Below, piece by piece: positions 41,206-52,708 of a stretch of 64,000 bases of DNA. The position numbers and the translations under genes were made by a program. Positions within the stretch are counted from its first letter, which is position 1, and every line of letters begins with the position of its first letter. The notes under the pieces are model-generated. The model was not told the origin of the DNA, made no database searches, and saw only the letters and a list, made by a program, of their open reading frames with translations. Source of the DNA: an uncultured delta proteobacterium (GTDB lineage Bacteria > Myxococcota > Myxococcia > Myxococcales > Myxococcaceae); the NCBI GenBank assembly GCA_963796055.1, contig CAWCKH010000004.1:1632001-1696000 (forward strand). The letters run 5' to 3'.

Positions 41206-42387
41206 ATGTCCTCGACACGTGTCCTCATCTCCGGAGCCGGAATCGCCGGCCCGACGCTCGCTCACTGGCTGCTCCGGCATGGGGGCTTCGAGGTCACCCT
41301 CCTGGAAACCGCACCGCAGCTCCGCACCGGCGGCTACGTCGTCGACTTCTGGGGCGCAGGCTACGACGTCGCCGAGCGGATGGGCATCCTCCCCGAGCTG
41401 CAGGAGATTGGCTACCGGGTCCGCGAGGTCCGGATGGTGAACCGGGAAGGGAAGCGGGTGGGGCACTTCCCAGTGGACGCGCTTCGCCGGGTCCTGCACG
41501 GCCGGCTGCTCAGCCTTTCCCGCGCCGGGCTGGCGTCCGCCATCTACGCCACTCTCCGAGGCAAGCTGGAGACGCTCTTCGGGGACAGCGTTGCCTCGCT
41601 GGAGCAGCACCCCGATCGGGTGGAGGTCCGGTTCGAGCACGCCCCGCCGCGCGCCTTCGACCTGGTGATCGGTGCTGACGGCGTGCACTCGCGGGTCCGT
41701 TCCCTGGCCTTCGGCGAGGACCGGCTCGAGAGATATCTCGGAATGCAGTTCGCCGCGTTCGAGCTCGCCGGGTACCGGCCCCGGGACGAGAACGTGTACG
41801 TGATGTACAACCAGGTGGGAAAGCAGAGCGCCCGCTTCAGCCTCCGCGATGATCGGGCGCTGTTCCTCTTCATCTTCGCCGCCGAGTCCCCCGAAGCGCC
41901 TGAAGACGAGCCGGGGCAGAAGGAGCTCCTCCGCCGCCGGTTCGCCGACGCCGGCTGGGAGTGTCCGGCCATCCTCGCCCAGCTCGACCGCGCCGAGGCC
42001 TTCTACTTCGACCGGGTGAGCCAGATCCGCATGGACGGCTGGTCGCGGGGTCGGGTTGCCCTGGTCGGCGACGCCGCCTTCGCGCCCTCCTTCCTCGCCG
42101 GGCAGGGGTCGGCGCTGGCAATGCTCGGGGCGTATGTCCTCGCCGGGGAGCTGAAGGCCTCACGCGACGAGCCGTCACGGGCCTTTCAGCGCTATCACCA
42201 GCGCCTCGGGAACCTCATGGCCCGGAAGCAGAGGGCCGCGGTGTCGTACTCCGACAACTTCGCCCCCCGCTCCAAGCTGAGCGTCTTCCTCAAGAACCAC
42301 CTCAGCTCGACCCTGGGCCTCCCCTTCGTCGCCGACCTGCTCTTCGGCCCGCTGATTCGAGACCGGATCCCGCTGCCGGCGTACTGA
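41206..42387 (+). CDS. FAD-dependent monooxygenase/oxidoreductase
   Basis: ISGAGIAG, DLVIGADGVHS, LVGDAA..GQG. Confidence 0.92.
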   Translation: MSSTRVLISGAGIAGPTLAHWLLRHGGFEVTLLETAPQLRTGGYVVDFWGAGYDVAERMGILPELQEIGYRVREVRMVNREGKRVGHFPVDALRRVLHGRLLSLSRAGLASAIYATLRGKLETLFGDSVASLEQHPDRVEVRFEHAPPRAFDLVIGADGVHSRVRSLAFGEDRLERYLGMQFAAFELAGYRPRDENVYVMYNQVGKQSARFSLRDDRALFLFIFAAESPEAPEDEPGQKELLRRRFADAGWECPAILAQLDRAEAFYFDRVSQIRMDGWSRGRVALVGDAAFAPSFLAGQGSALAMLGAYVLAGELKASRDEPSRAFQRYHQRLGNLMARKQRAAVSYSDNFAPRSKLSVFLKNHLSSTLGLPFVADLLFGPLIRDRIPLPAY

Positions 42388-43141
42388 GTTCCGGCGAGAC
42401 GGAACGGAGCACGATGAGCGTCTCCAGGAGACGGTCCACCGCACGCTGGTCGTGAACGAAGTAGACGGCCGCGGAACGGCGCGCCCGACCCACCCGGACC
42501 CCGAGCACCCGTCTCCGCGGGAGGAGGGCAAACACGTCCTCGTCGGTGACGTCGTCGCCAACGTACAGCGCGCGGATGGCCTTCTCCCGTGAGAGCAGCG
42601 TGAGCATTGCCTTCCCCTTGTTCGCCCCCCGTCCGGGGACGACGTTGAACACCTGCTTGCCGGGAACCACCCGCATCGACTGCGGGAGCGCGGCCAGAAC
42701 ATCGTGGATCGCAGCCCGGGCCCGGCGCTTGTTCCCCGCCCTCCGGTAGTGGAGCGAGAGCGAGTAACGCTTGTCCTCGAGGTCGACCCCGGGCGTTCCA
42801 GCCAGCGCGGCGGTGAGGCGAACCCGGACCGCCGCGATCTCCGCGGCGAGCTCGCGCGGGGCCCGACCCTCCTCCAGGCCGTGGTTGCCGACGACGTACT
42901 TCACCGGCGCTCCCGCGAGCCGGGCCGCGACGTCGGCCCGACCCCGGCCGGAAATGACCGCACAGGGATAGAGCAGACACAGCCGCCGGAGGAGCCTGGC
43001 CGTGCGGCGGCGCATCCCCGCCCGCTCGCGCGAGCTGATGATCGGCGCGAGCGTCCCGTCGAAGTCGAAGCCGAGCAGGACCGGCGTCCGGACCAGAGTG
43101 GTCAGGACCGCGGCGTTGTGCCGACCGAGGAGGTTTCTCAT
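42302..43141 (-). CDS. otsB: Trehalose-6-phosphate phosphatase
   Basis: FDFDGTLAP, ISGR, GNHG, HYR, NKG, YVGDDVTDEDVF. Confidence 0.92.
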   Translation of the reverse strand: MRNLLGRHNAAVLTTLVRTPVLLGFDFDGTLAPIISSRERAGMRRRTARLLRRLCLLYPCAVISGRGRADVAARLAGAPVKYVVGNHGLEEGRAPRELAAEIAAVRVRLTAALAGTPGVDLEDKRYSLSLHYRRAGNKRRARAAIHDVLAALPQSMRVVPGKQVFNVVPGRGANKGKAMLTLLSREKAIRALYVGDDVTDEDVFALLPRRRVLGVRVGRARRSAAVYFVHDQRAVDRLLETLIVLRSVSPELSTPAAGSGLESAGRRAGRRRRGGPGSS

Positions 43142-45372
43142 CCGCCCGCGGCCCGGCCGAAGAGCCCGGAGGTCCCGAAGCGGCCGCTGAGCCGCTCCTT
43201 GCGCCGGATCTCCGCCGCGTCGACCAGCATCCGCCCCGCCCAGCGATAGACGTTGAACTCCGAGACCAGCCGTCGCATGGAGCGCATCCGTTCGCGCTGC
43301 TCGTCCCTCGGCATCCGCAGCGCCGCGGCGAGCGCATCGCTCGCCTGCCGGAGGTCGTAGGGATTGACGATCAGTGCCTCGGTGAGGTCGCGCGAGGCTC
43401 CGGTGAACTGGCTGAGCACCAGCACCCCCTGCTCGTCATCACGGGCGGCGACGAACTCCTTGGCCACCAGATTCATCCCGTCGTGGAGGCTGCTCACGTA
43501 GCAGAGGTCCGCGGCCCGGTAGTACCGGAACACCGACGCCGGCTCGTGGTGAGCTCGGAGGAGCACGATCGGACGGTAGCCGTCCGAGGACCACTTGCGG
43601 TCGATCTGCGCCGCCGCCTCCTCCACCCGTTCGTTGAGCTCGCGGTAGCGCGGGATCTTCGTCCGGCTCGGCGCGGCGAGCTGGACGAAGGTGAACCTGC
43701 CGCGGAAATCCGGGTAGCGGGTGAGGAGCTCGTCGACGGCGGCCAGGCGCTCCTCGATGCCCTTGGTGTAGTCGAGCCGGTCGATGCCCACCCCGAGCAG
43801 CGCGTCGGCGGCGAGCCCGAGCTCACGCCGGACTGACCGCCGGGCCTCCTCCACCGGCGGCATCCCGTCGAGCCAGTGCACGGGCCACTCGATGGAGATG
43901 GGGTAAGGGCGCACCAGGGTCCGGCGAGGCCCCTGGACGACCGCGTGGGTCTCCCGGTCGATCCGGCTCTCCACGAAGGCATCGACCGAGTCGATGAAGT
44001 TGTTGCAGTGCTGCTGGGTGTGAAAGCCGACCACGCTCGCGCCAAGCAGGCCGGAGATGAGCTCCTCGCGCCAGGGGCAGATGCCGAAGCGCTCCGCGTT
44101 CGGCCAGGGGATGTGCCAGAAGGCGATGACGGTGGCCCGGGGCAGCCGCTCGCGGATCATCCGGGGCGCCAGGGCGAAGTGGTAGTCCTGGACGAAGACG
44201 ATCGGGTCGTCGGAGTCGACCTCCTCGCACACCGCGTCGGCGAATCGCTGGTTGACCCTGACGTAGGCCTCGTAGTCCTGGGTCCGGAAGATGGGCCGGG
44301 CGTGGGCGACGTGGCAGAGCGGCCAGAGGCCCTCGTTGGAGAAGCCGTAGTAGTAGCCGCTCTCCTCCTCCTCCGTCAGCCACACCCGACGGAGGAGATA
44401 CGACTCCTCCCCGGGCGGTACCCGGAGGTGGTCGTGGGCGTCGACGGTCTCGCGATCCCCGCTGCCGCTGCCGTGCCCGATCCAGACCCCGGAGCAGGCC
44501 CGCATCACCGGCTCGAGCGCACTCACCAGACCGCTGGCCGGGTGGAGGACCCTCACCCCGGTATCGCCTCGCTCGTGAATGTAGGGCTCGCGGTTCGCAA
44601 GGATGACCACCCGCTCGCCCTGGAGGTACTGGGTGAGGATCGAGCGAAGGCGCGCCGCGCTCCAGCGGCCGGCGTGTGCCTCCTGCTCGCGCTCGCTGGC
44701 CAGGCGCTCCACCAGCTCCCGGACGTTGCGGACCAGGGGCTGGAACTCGGTGGTGGCCTCCCCGGTGAGCGCCCGTCCCAGCTCGAGGGTCCAGCCGCGC
44801 CAGGCGAGCCGCGCGGCCACCAGGGTCACTACCGAGGCTCCGAGGGAGAGCACGAAGAAGGCGAAGAGGAGGAAGTTCCGCGTCGCCTCCTCACGGCGGC
44901 TCAGGTAGCTGAGGTCGTGCACCAGCACCACTGCCCCGACGGGCGCCGCGCGGTCGCCGAGCGTCGTCACGCTGAGGTTCACCCGACCGGAGGGCAGCTC
45001 GGCGGTCATGGACCATGGGTCGGCGTCGGCCGCGGCCTCGTGCCGCATCCGCTCCAGGACCGAGCGGCAGGAGAACTCGGACGGATACGAATCGGTCGCT
45101 GCCAGCAGGTGTCCCTGCGGCGTGCAGGCCGCAGCAGCCATGATGCGCTCGTCGCGGCTGATGTCGGCCAGCGTCTCGGTGAGGCGGGTTCGCCCGGCGC
45201 TCCAGTTGGCCTCCAGGCTCTGTCGGGCGGCGGAGACGGCGAGGCGTGAGCGGAGCGCCAGATCGTGCTCGAACCAGGCCCGGGTGGTCCGGGCGAGCAC
45301 GGCGTACCCGACGACGGCCAGGAGCGCCAGGCCGGCGAGGAGAAAGACCAGGAATCGGGCCGCACGCCGCAT
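43138..45372 (-). CDS. otsA: Trehalose-6-phosphate synthase with N-terminal TM-extracytoplasmic-TM extension
   Basis: [50 protein letters not shown]. Confidence 0.92.
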   Translation of the reverse strand: MRRAARFLVFLLAGLALLAVVGYAVLARTTRAWFEHDLALRSRLAVSAARQSLEANWSAGRTRLTETLADISRDERIMAAAACTPQGHLLAATDSYPSEFSCRSVLERMRHEAAADADPWSMTAELPSGRVNLSVTTLGDRAAPVGAVVLVHDLSYLSRREEATRNFLLFAFFVLSLGASVVTLVAARLAWRGWTLELGRALTGEATTEFQPLVRNVRELVERLASEREQEAHAGRWSAARLRSILTQYLQGERVVILANREPYIHERGDTGVRVLHPASGLVSALEPVMRACSGVWIGHGSGSGDRETVDAHDHLRVPPGEESYLLRRVWLTEEEESGYYYGFSNEGLWPLCHVAHARPIFRTQDYEAYVRVNQRFADAVCEEVDSDDPIVFVQDYHFALAPRMIRERLPRATVIAFWHIPWPNAERFGICPWREELISGLLGASVVGFHTQQHCNNFIDSVDAFVESRIDRETHAVVQGPRRTLVRPYPISIEWPVHWLDGMPPVEEARRSVRRELGLAADALLGVGIDRLDYTKGIEERLAAVDELLTRYPDFRGRFTFVQLAAPSRTKIPRYRELNERVEEAAAQIDRKWSSDGYRPIVLLRAHHEPASVFRYYRAADLCYVSSLHDGMNLVAKEFVAARDDEQGVLVLSQFTGASRDLTEALIVNPYDLRQASDALAAALRMPRDEQRERMRSMRRLVSEFNVYRWAGRMLVDAAEIRRKERLSGRFGTSGLFGRAAGG

Positions 45373-45514
45373 GAGGGTCGCCTAGCACATGATGTGCAAT
45401 TGGAGGACGGACCAGACACGCGATGTCCACCGGCACGCGAGCCCGCTGATTCAATCTCGAAGATGGATGGTGCCGGGTGTCTCATCGGTTACCGGATCTG
45501 GAGGTGAGCGACTC

Positions 45515-45979
45515 ATGGACGAGCGCGCACAGAACCAACGGATCCGGGAGCATCTCTGGCACCGGCTCGAATCCGAGCACCGCCAGCTGGAGAAGGTGCT
45601 TACCGACGTCCAGAGCCTTGCAGCCGACGCTTCGTTCGAGACTGCCAGACGGCGGTTCGGCGAATTCCGACTCGCCCACGAGCGCCACCTGGTGTCCGAA
45701 CGGAGGATGGAGTCTCTCTGTGCCGGCAGCCCGGAGATGCGGTCCTTCGTCGCCCGGGTGCAACGCGAGCGAGCGCGGGTCCTCGAACAGTCCGAGCGCG
45801 TCTGGAAGCGGCTGTGCCAGGAGAGGAACGGGCACCTACCCCGGATGCTCGCCCGTCTGGCCTCGCTGATCGCCCAGCACGAGGACGCCCAGCGCCGGTT
45901 GATCCTCGCCGAGCTCCCGCTCAGCCCCGAGCTCCGGAGGTCGCAGGCGAGCCTGCTGCGGAAGATTGGCACGATTTGA
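45515..45979 (+). CDS. Hemerythrin-like helical protein
   Basis: EHRQLE..HERHLVSE..QHEDAQ spacing; GGAGG RBS. Confidence 0.5.
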   Translation: MDERAQNQRIREHLWHRLESEHRQLEKVLTDVQSLAADASFETARRRFGEFRLAHERHLVSERRMESLCAGSPEMRSFVARVQRERARVLEQSERVWKRLCQERNGHLPRMLARLASLIAQHEDAQRRLILAELPLSPELRRSQASLLRKIGTI

Positions 45980-46094
45980 GCTCACCCAGCGCCCGCGCCG
46001 GGGCGACCGAGGAAATGATGGCCCGGATGTCGCGGATGCCGGTCTTCGTCCCTACCCCGGTCGTTGACCAGCCGTGTGAGCCTGGACAGGAGTT

Positions 46095-47340
46095 TCAACC
46101 GCTGGCCGGCTCGGGGTGGAGCGAGAAGTGCGGCGCGAGCTCGTTGTGCACCACGACCCGGGCACCCCCCTTCAGCTTGAACGCGCCGCTGCTGACCACC
46201 GTCTCGCCCGCGGTCAGACCGGAGGCGACGACGACGTAGTCGCCGCGGCGCTCTCCCAGACGAACGAAGCGCCGCCGGACGACGGGTCCGCTGCCGCCCG
46301 AGGGCCTCGCGGGCCGGGACGGGCCGCCCCGCGCCTGAGCGGCTCTCGACCCGACCCCGGTCTTCTGGTCCAGCACGAACACCGAGTCGCCGTACGGCGC
46401 ATAGACGATCGACGTCTGCGGAACGATCCGGACCAGCCGCCGCTCGCCCACGTTCACCGACACTCTGGCGAACATGCCCGGCACCAGGCGCCCGTCCGGG
46501 TTGGAAACGGTGACCCGCATCCGGACGTTCCGGGTCTTGGGATCCACCTCGGGGCTGATGGTGGTGACGGTTCCCTTCCAGGAGGAATCCGGGAAGGCGT
46601 CGACCTCGACCTCCGCCTCGTCACCCTCCTCCACCCTGGCCATCGCCTGCTCCGGCAACCAGAAGTCGACGTGGATGGGGGAGACGCTCTGCAGAGAGAC
46701 GACGGGCGTTCCGGGGGAGACTACCTCACCCAGCTCCACCTGGCGGATGCCCACTCGCCCGACGAAGGGCGCGCGGAGGGTCTTCTTGGCGATGATCGCC
46801 CGGAGATTTGCGACCGCCGCCCGGGCCTGCTTGTCGGCGGCCTGAGCTGCCTGCAGATCCGCCCGGGTGTTGACGTCCTGCCGCCGGAGGAAGCGGGCAC
46901 GCTTCAAGGTCTGTCGGGCGAGCGCCTCCTCGGCCAGTGCACTCTTCAGTCGCGCCTGCTCCGCCGAGCTGTCGAGCTGGACGAGCGCCTGATCCTCTTC
47001 CACCATCGAGCCATTCTGGAACTCGATGCGTTGCACGGTCCCGGTGACCTCGGCGCCGAGACTCACGCCCCGGACGGCCACGACCGTTCCCACCGCGTCC
47101 AGCGTGGGCTGCCACTCGACCTCCTTCACCTTGGTCGTGGCCACGGCGAGGGGCGGCGGAACTTGCGACCTCGCGGCGGCGAGCATCGTCCTGATCTGGG
47201 CGAACTTGATGCCGCTCAGAGCGAGCGCGATCCCGAGCAGGGCCAGGCCCGCGATCACCCATCGACGCCGTCCTCCTGGTCGCTGCCTGCTCACGGCCGG
47301 ACGTGCTCTCTCGCTCGCTCCCTTCAGCGCACATGTACGG
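46095..47340 (-). CDS. RND efflux membrane-fusion (adaptor) protein, no adjacent permease
   Basis: AVGTVVA, lipoyl-like halves, APFVGRVG, GMFA, LGERRGD; start uncertain. Confidence 0.85.
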
Positions 47341-47646
47341 GCGCCGTCAGAGACTTGCCTCTGCGCCGAGCACGGATGCCTCCGGTGGAGCACGCGTCCG
47401 CGGCTCCGGTGCTGATCCAGAGCGGCGGTGCGAGCGCTGCCTAGCGGCGCTCCCTGGGCCGCGAATCGCCGCGACGATGCCGTCCTTCTCCCCGGCGTCT
47501 CGAACCGGTGACCCCGGAGTGAGATGGAGTCACCGGTCCGTTCTCCCAGCGCCTCGCGGTGGGTCCAGCCGTTTCTGGATCGCTTCCCCATGCCAGGGAC
47601 GACCGGAGCTCCTACGAGACCTCGGTGCGCTCTGATGTGACGATCT

Positions 47647-48258
47647 TCAGGGCCCAGCCGCCGGCCACGCGCGGATCTCGAGCGGCACGGACGCTAGGCG
47701 GCGCAGCAGCGCGCTCCTCCGCGTCAGCGGCCACCAGTCGTAAAGGAAGATCTCGATCGGGCGCCACATCGCTACCCACCCCAAGATCAACAGCCCCTCG
47801 TTGATGAACGACCCGTTGAGCGGCGGACCGTGGCCGAGCAGCACGCGGCGCAGCAACAGGCAGGCGGCCAGGAACACGAGACCGATCGCAAGGCTCGCCG
47901 CGCCGTAGCGGAGGAGCTGCAGCAGGTCGGCTTGCACCTGCCGCTCGCGGTAGTGGAAGTAGTGGTGCACGGCCTCGGGCAACGAGCGCGCCGCGGGAGA
48001 CTCGGCCTCGTCGGACGGCAGGTAAACGACGACCTTGAGCGGGGTGCGCATGCCAACTTCGCGGCAGGCGTCGACGAGGTAGCGCTCCGCGGCCTCCTCG
48101 AGGTCCTTCTCGCGGAACGGCGCGGGGTCGAGGGTGTGGAACATTTGCCGCACCTCGCGCAGACGGATCTCGACGAGCGTCACCCCGTTCTCGCTCCGGT
48201 ACACGGAGCCCGGCCCGCCGCGCGGCGGTGTGCGTTCAGGCGGCACGCGGAATGCCAC
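47647..48258 (-). CDS. Conserved hypothetical membrane protein
   Basis: EIRLREVRQMFHTLDPAPFREKDL..EGLLILGWVAMWRPIEIFLYDWWP. Confidence 0.75.
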   Translation of the reverse strand: MAFRVPPERTPPRGGPGSVYRSENGVTLVEIRLREVRQMFHTLDPAPFREKDLEEAAERYLVDACREVGMRTPLKVVVYLPSDEAESPAARSLPEAVHHYFHYRERQVQADLLQLLRYGAASLAIGLVFLAACLLLRRVLLGHGPPLNGSFINEGLLILGWVAMWRPIEIFLYDWWPLTRRSALLRRLASVPLEIRAWPAAGP

Positions 48259-48546
48259 GGTTGGCCACGGGAGGACAGGACTACCTGGCGAAGGGCAACG
48301 TGTGAAGGAAGATCGCGGCGCTTACCAGAACGATGAGCGGTCCCGCTGGGAGCCCGTGAGCGGAGGACGATTCCGACGACGGCCGAGAGCACGCCGATGG
48401 CCATTGCGCCCAGGGTGTATTGCCGGAGGCTCTTGCGGACGGTGCGCGCCGCGGACAGGGGTTGAAGGTCGCTGGCCTGCCGGCGGCCAGCTAGGATCGC
48501 GAGCGAAGGACCCCTGGGAGAGCTCAGCCCGCGCAGGAGCCGACAG

Positions 48547-50199
48547 GTGACGACGCGCACCACCTTCGATCTTCTTTGGTACAAGGACGCCGTCATCTAC
48601 GAGACCCACGTGAAGGCGTTCCACGACGCCAACGGGGACGGGATCGGCGACTTCCAGGGGCTGACCGAGAAGCTCGACTACCTCGAGACCCTGGGCGTGA
48701 CCTGCCTCTGGCTCCTGCCGTTCTTCCCGTCCCCGCTGCGCGACGACGGTTACGACATCGCCGACTACCGGTCCATCCACCCGAGCTACGGCACGCTCGA
48801 CGATTTCCGTCACTTCCTCGAGGAGGCACACCGGCGGGACATCAGGGTGCTCGTCGAGCTGGTGGTGAACCACACCTCCGACCTGCACCCCTGGTTTCAG
48901 CGGGCCCGCCGGTCGCCTCCCGGCTCACCCGAGCGCGACTACTACGTCTGGAGCGACACCGACCGTCGATTCGAGGGCGCCCGCATCATCTTCACCGACA
49001 CCGAGCGGTCCAACTGGACCTGGGACCCGGAGGCGAAGGCCTATTACTGGCACCGCTTCTTCAGCCACCAGCCTGACCTCAACTTCGACAACCCGCGCGT
49101 GCTCGAGGAGATCGAGGCCACGATGGGCTTCTGGCTCGACCTGGGGGTCGACGGCTTCAGGCTGGACGCGATCCCCTACCTGGTGGAGCGGGAGGGAACG
49201 AGCTGCGAGAACCTTCCCGAGACGCACGCGGTCATCCGCCGCCTGCGGGCGTTCGTGGACAAGCGGGCGCCGGGTTGCCTCCTCCTCGCCGAGGCCAACC
49301 AGTGGCCAGCGGACGTGCGCCCCTACTTCGGGGAGGGCGACGAGTGCCACATGGCATTCCACTTCCCGCTCATGCCCCGGATCTTCATGGGGCTGCGCCT
49401 GGAGAGCGCCGAACCCATCGTGGACATCCTCCGCCGCACGCCTCCCATCCCCCCCAGCTGCCAGTGGGGGCTGTTCCTGCGCAACCACGACGAGCTCACC
49501 CTGGAGATGGTGAGCGAGGACGAGCGGGCCTACATGAACCTGGCCTATGCCCGCGATCCCCAGACCCGGCTCAATGTCGGCATCCGGCGGCGGCTGGCGC
49601 CGCTGGTCGACAACGCGCGGCGGCGGATCGAGTTCCTCAACGGCCTGCTCTTCTCCCTGCCTGGCACGCCCATCGTCTACTACGGGGACGAGATCGGGAT
49701 GGGGGACGACGTCCTGCGCCCCGACCGTGACGGCGTGCGCACTCCGATGCAGTGGAGCGGGGAACCAAGCGCCGGATTCTCGCGCCTCACCCCCGACCGG
49801 CTCTACTCGCCGCCGATCGGCGATCCCGTCTTCGGCGCCAGGGCGGTCAACGTCGAGGCCCAGCTCCGGGACCACTCCTCGCTGCTCCACTGGATGCGCA
49901 ACATGATCCGCCTGCGCAAGCAGTTCCGGGTATTCGGCCGGGGGAGCATCGAGTTCCTGCCGGTGTCGAACCGGAAGATCCTGGCGTACATCCGTCGCTG
50001 GGAGAACGACACGATCCTGTGCGTGGCAAACCTCTCCCGCCACGCACAGCCCGTCGAGCTCGACCTCTCGCAGATGAAGGGCATGACCCCTGTGGAGATG
50101 CTCGGGTACACACCGTTCCCGCGGATCGGTGAGCTGCCGTACATGCTCACCCCGAGCGGATACGGTTTCTACTGGTTCGAGCTCCGCCAGGAACCCTGA
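48547..50199 (+). CDS. treS: Trehalose synthase (maltose alpha-D-glucosyltransferase)
   Basis: [46 protein letters not shown]. Confidence 0.95.
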   Translation: MTTRTTFDLLWYKDAVIYETHVKAFHDANGDGIGDFQGLTEKLDYLETLGVTCLWLLPFFPSPLRDDGYDIADYRSIHPSYGTLDDFRHFLEEAHRRDIRVLVELVVNHTSDLHPWFQRARRSPPGSPERDYYVWSDTDRRFEGARIIFTDTERSNWTWDPEAKAYYWHRFFSHQPDLNFDNPRVLEEIEATMGFWLDLGVDGFRLDAIPYLVEREGTSCENLPETHAVIRRLRAFVDKRAPGCLLLAEANQWPADVRPYFGEGDECHMAFHFPLMPRIFMGLRLESAEPIVDILRRTPPIPPSCQWGLFLRNHDELTLEMVSEDERAYMNLAYARDPQTRLNVGIRRRLAPLVDNARRRIEFLNGLLFSLPGTPIVYYGDEIGMGDDVLRPDRDGVRTPMQWSGEPSAGFSRLTPDRLYSPPIGDPVFGARAVNVEAQLRDHSSLLHWMRNMIRLRKQFRVFGRGSIEFLPVSNRKILAYIRRWENDTILCVANLSRHAQPVELDLSQMKGMTPVEMLGYTPFPRIGELPYMLTPSGYGFYWFELRQEP

Positions 50200-50253
50200 C
50201 GGTTCAGCCAGCCAGGCGGTACCGGGGGGGTGGGGCGTCGTGGCCTTCGCCGC

Positions 50254-50964
50254 TCACAGGTGGTGCATCGTGTCCCCGGAGGGCGAGTCCTTACCCTCGG
50301 AAAGGTCCTTGAAGTGCCGCTCGAGCGAGCGGGCCACCACGTCGCGGGCTCCCAGGCCGACCGCGAGCGAGAGCGACAGGACGATTCCCCCGAAGAGGAT
50401 GGCAAAGGCGGCGGTGAGGATGGCCCCGCCGATCCCGAGCTGCTCGAGCGCGATCGCCGAGGCGAGGACCAGGAAGAGCCAACGCGCGCCCAGGCCGAGG
50501 AGCCGAGCGGAGTGCAGACCCATGTTCACCGCGCCGATGAGCACGCTCCGCTCCAGCGCTCGCGATCCGGCGATGCCCGCCGCCAGGATGACGACCCCCA
50601 CCAGGGCGTGGGGGACGTAGGCGATGAGCGAACGGGCGAGCGCACTGGTATCGCCGGACTCGAGGACCGTCAGCCCCAGGATGAACCCCATCGCCACCAC
50701 CGTCCATGCCACCACGCGCGAGGCAATGCGGGTCGGGCCCAGGTGTCCCTGACGGGCCGGGGACGCCATGCCCCACTCGCGCAGACGGCGATCGACGTCC
50801 AGCCGGGTGAAGATCCGGCGCACCACCGCCGAGATGGCGATCGCCAGCACCGCGGTCAGCACCAGGATCACCAGCATCACCAGCACCCCGGGCAGGAGCT
50901 GCGCCAGCGTGCGCGCCATCCGTTGGAAGGACTCGAGGAAGGTGGTCCGGATCTGTTCCCACAT
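50254..50964 (-). CDS. TM_helix/MscS-related (CmpX-like) membrane protein
   Basis: Five to six TM helices, ALEQLGIG..LAVGLGARD. Confidence 0.75.
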   Translation of the reverse strand: MWEQIRTTFLESFQRMARTLAQLLPGVLVMLVILVLTAVLAIAISAVVRRIFTRLDVDRRLREWGMASPARQGHLGPTRIASRVVAWTVVAMGFILGLTVLESGDTSALARSLIAYVPHALVGVVILAAGIAGSRALERSVLIGAVNMGLHSARLLGLGARWLFLVLASAIALEQLGIGGAILTAAFAILFGGIVLSLSLAVGLGARDVVARSLERHFKDLSEGKDSPSGDTMHHL

Positions 50965-50976
50965 CAGGTGTCCTCC

Positions 50977-52233
50977 TCAGGGATTGAACTCGTCCGGCCA
51001 TCGCCACCGGGCGACCAGGTAGCGCTTTTCCCGCTCGAACGCGGCGCCGACGGCCTCCACTCGCGCCTCGAAAGCCAGGTCGTCGAGCGTGCCCGCCGCG
51101 TGCGCCAGCCCGGCGAGCCAGCCGAGGTAGAGCGGAGCAAGGGAGCGGAGCAACTGTCCCCGCTCCACGGAGCGGACGAGGTGCGCCACCGAGAAGTCGA
51201 ACACCACCCGGGCCCACAGCTCGTCGGGGATGATGCCCTCGGGGAAGGGCTTCATGGCGCACTGCTGGAGGCCGAGCAGCGTCGCCGGGGGGAGCACCAG
51301 GCCGAAGACCGGGAGGAGGTCGCGCAGTCCGCGCACGAACGACCCGAAGAGGTGGACTGGATCGGGTGGAGGAACGCCGGACTGGAAGCTGCGGGTCCCG
51401 AAAGTGGGGACGGGCTGCGAGGCCCCGGTCCGCTGCCACCGTGCGGCAGTGCGCTCCATCTCGCCGAAGACCAGCCCGAGTGCCCGCGCCAGGGTCACGT
51501 CCAGCTCCTCCGGGTCGCGGGACGGGCGCGGCCAGGCTCCCAGCCAGGACTGGGCCACCCGGGCCTCGGTGCCCAGCACCTTCGCGAGGAGCCAGGCGTC
51601 GGAACCCGCCTCGCGCGGCCGTCGGCGCCAGTCCTCGTCCTCGATCAGCCGGCGTGCCAGGGCGCCAGAGAGCGCGGCCTCGGTGCCGAGCGGCTGGCGG
51701 AGCGCCCGGCCGTAGAGGGTCCGGATGAGAGGCGCCACGATGCCGGTGTTGATGGCGCCCTCCGCGCGGGGGCGGGTGTACGCGGGGCACACGAAGTCGA
51801 AGCGCCCGCCGAGCACCGGGCCGATGAGAAGGTCGAGCCAGTCGATCGACTCGTCGTGCCGCTCGGCCGCGACGATGGCCACGGCTGTGGCGTTCCGTCC
51901 GGCGCCCTCGACGAGGAGCGGGCCGAGTGGGCTCTCGAGCCCCGGCACCGCGCCCTGGCTGGCGGACGGCACCACGCCGGTCGCGGGCGCGGGCAGCGTT
52001 GCCGGGCCGACCGGCCCCACCGGGACCAGTGCCGGCGCTCCGTCGCGCAGCGCGGTCACCAGGACGACCGGCTCGACCTGCGGGTAACGGCTGCGCAGTC
52101 GGCCAGCGAGCGGCAGGGCGGCAGCCAGCGCGGCATCACCGGGGCCTTGCACGGCGACGACGAGCGAACCCATCGGCTCGCTCGCTGGTCGCTCCTCCTC
52201 GTGGGCGAGAGTCGCCCTGACCGTGTCGGCCAT
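50977..52233 (-). CDS. Glucosylglycerate-synthase-like glycosyltransferase (possibly degenerate)
   Basis: FDFVCPAY, GAINTGIVAPLIRTLYG..RQPLG, LWARVVFDF, FEREKRYL. Confidence 0.65.
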   Translation of the reverse strand: MADTVRATLAHEEERPASEPMGSLVVAVQGPGDAALAAALPLAGRLRSRYPQVEPVVLVTALRDGAPALVPVGPVGPATLPAPATGVVPSASQGAVPGLESPLGPLLVEGAGRNATAVAIVAAERHDESIDWLDLLIGPVLGGRFDFVCPAYTRPRAEGAINTGIVAPLIRTLYGRALRQPLGTEAALSGALARRLIEDEDWRRRPREAGSDAWLLAKVLGTEARVAQSWLGAWPRPSRDPEELDVTLARALGLVFGEMERTAARWQRTGASQPVPTFGTRSFQSGVPPPDPVHLFGSFVRGLRDLLPVFGLVLPPATLLGLQQCAMKPFPEGIIPDELWARVVFDFSVAHLVRSVERGQLLRSLAPLYLGWLAGLAHAAGTLDDLAFEARVEAVGAAFEREKRYLVARWRWPDEFNP

Positions 52234-52708
52234 CCGCGCCTTCCTCCTCGCCCCGACCGCGTACCACGACACTCAACCCATACCGGAAGGCCGGTGCGCT
52301 TGCACCCTCGAGGGTGACCGCCCGTGGCCCGAGCCAGAGACTCGCTGGCACGACGCCAGCCACGGCCGCGGCCGGGCCCGAGTCCTCGGGCGCCACCGAC
52401 GCGGCCCGGGAGGGCAAGACATCTCGGCCGCTCTCGCCGGGAACTCCGGTCGACCGATGGGATCCAAACATCCCGAACAGACACCGCGCGACACCGCAGT
52501 AGCCGCCGATCATCCCCGGCGCCGGCCGGGCGGGTGGTTCCGTCCGGCTGCGGATCAGGCCCTCGCGTGCGCCGGGTCGTTACATAGGCGACAAGGAGCG
52601 ATACCTCGGCTGGCCCTCGCCTCGGCTTCCCCGTTCCGGGCGCCGGTCTTTCCTTGCTACACAAAGGAGTTTCGCGATGGGAGCTGGTCACCACCCCATC
52701 CCCGACCG

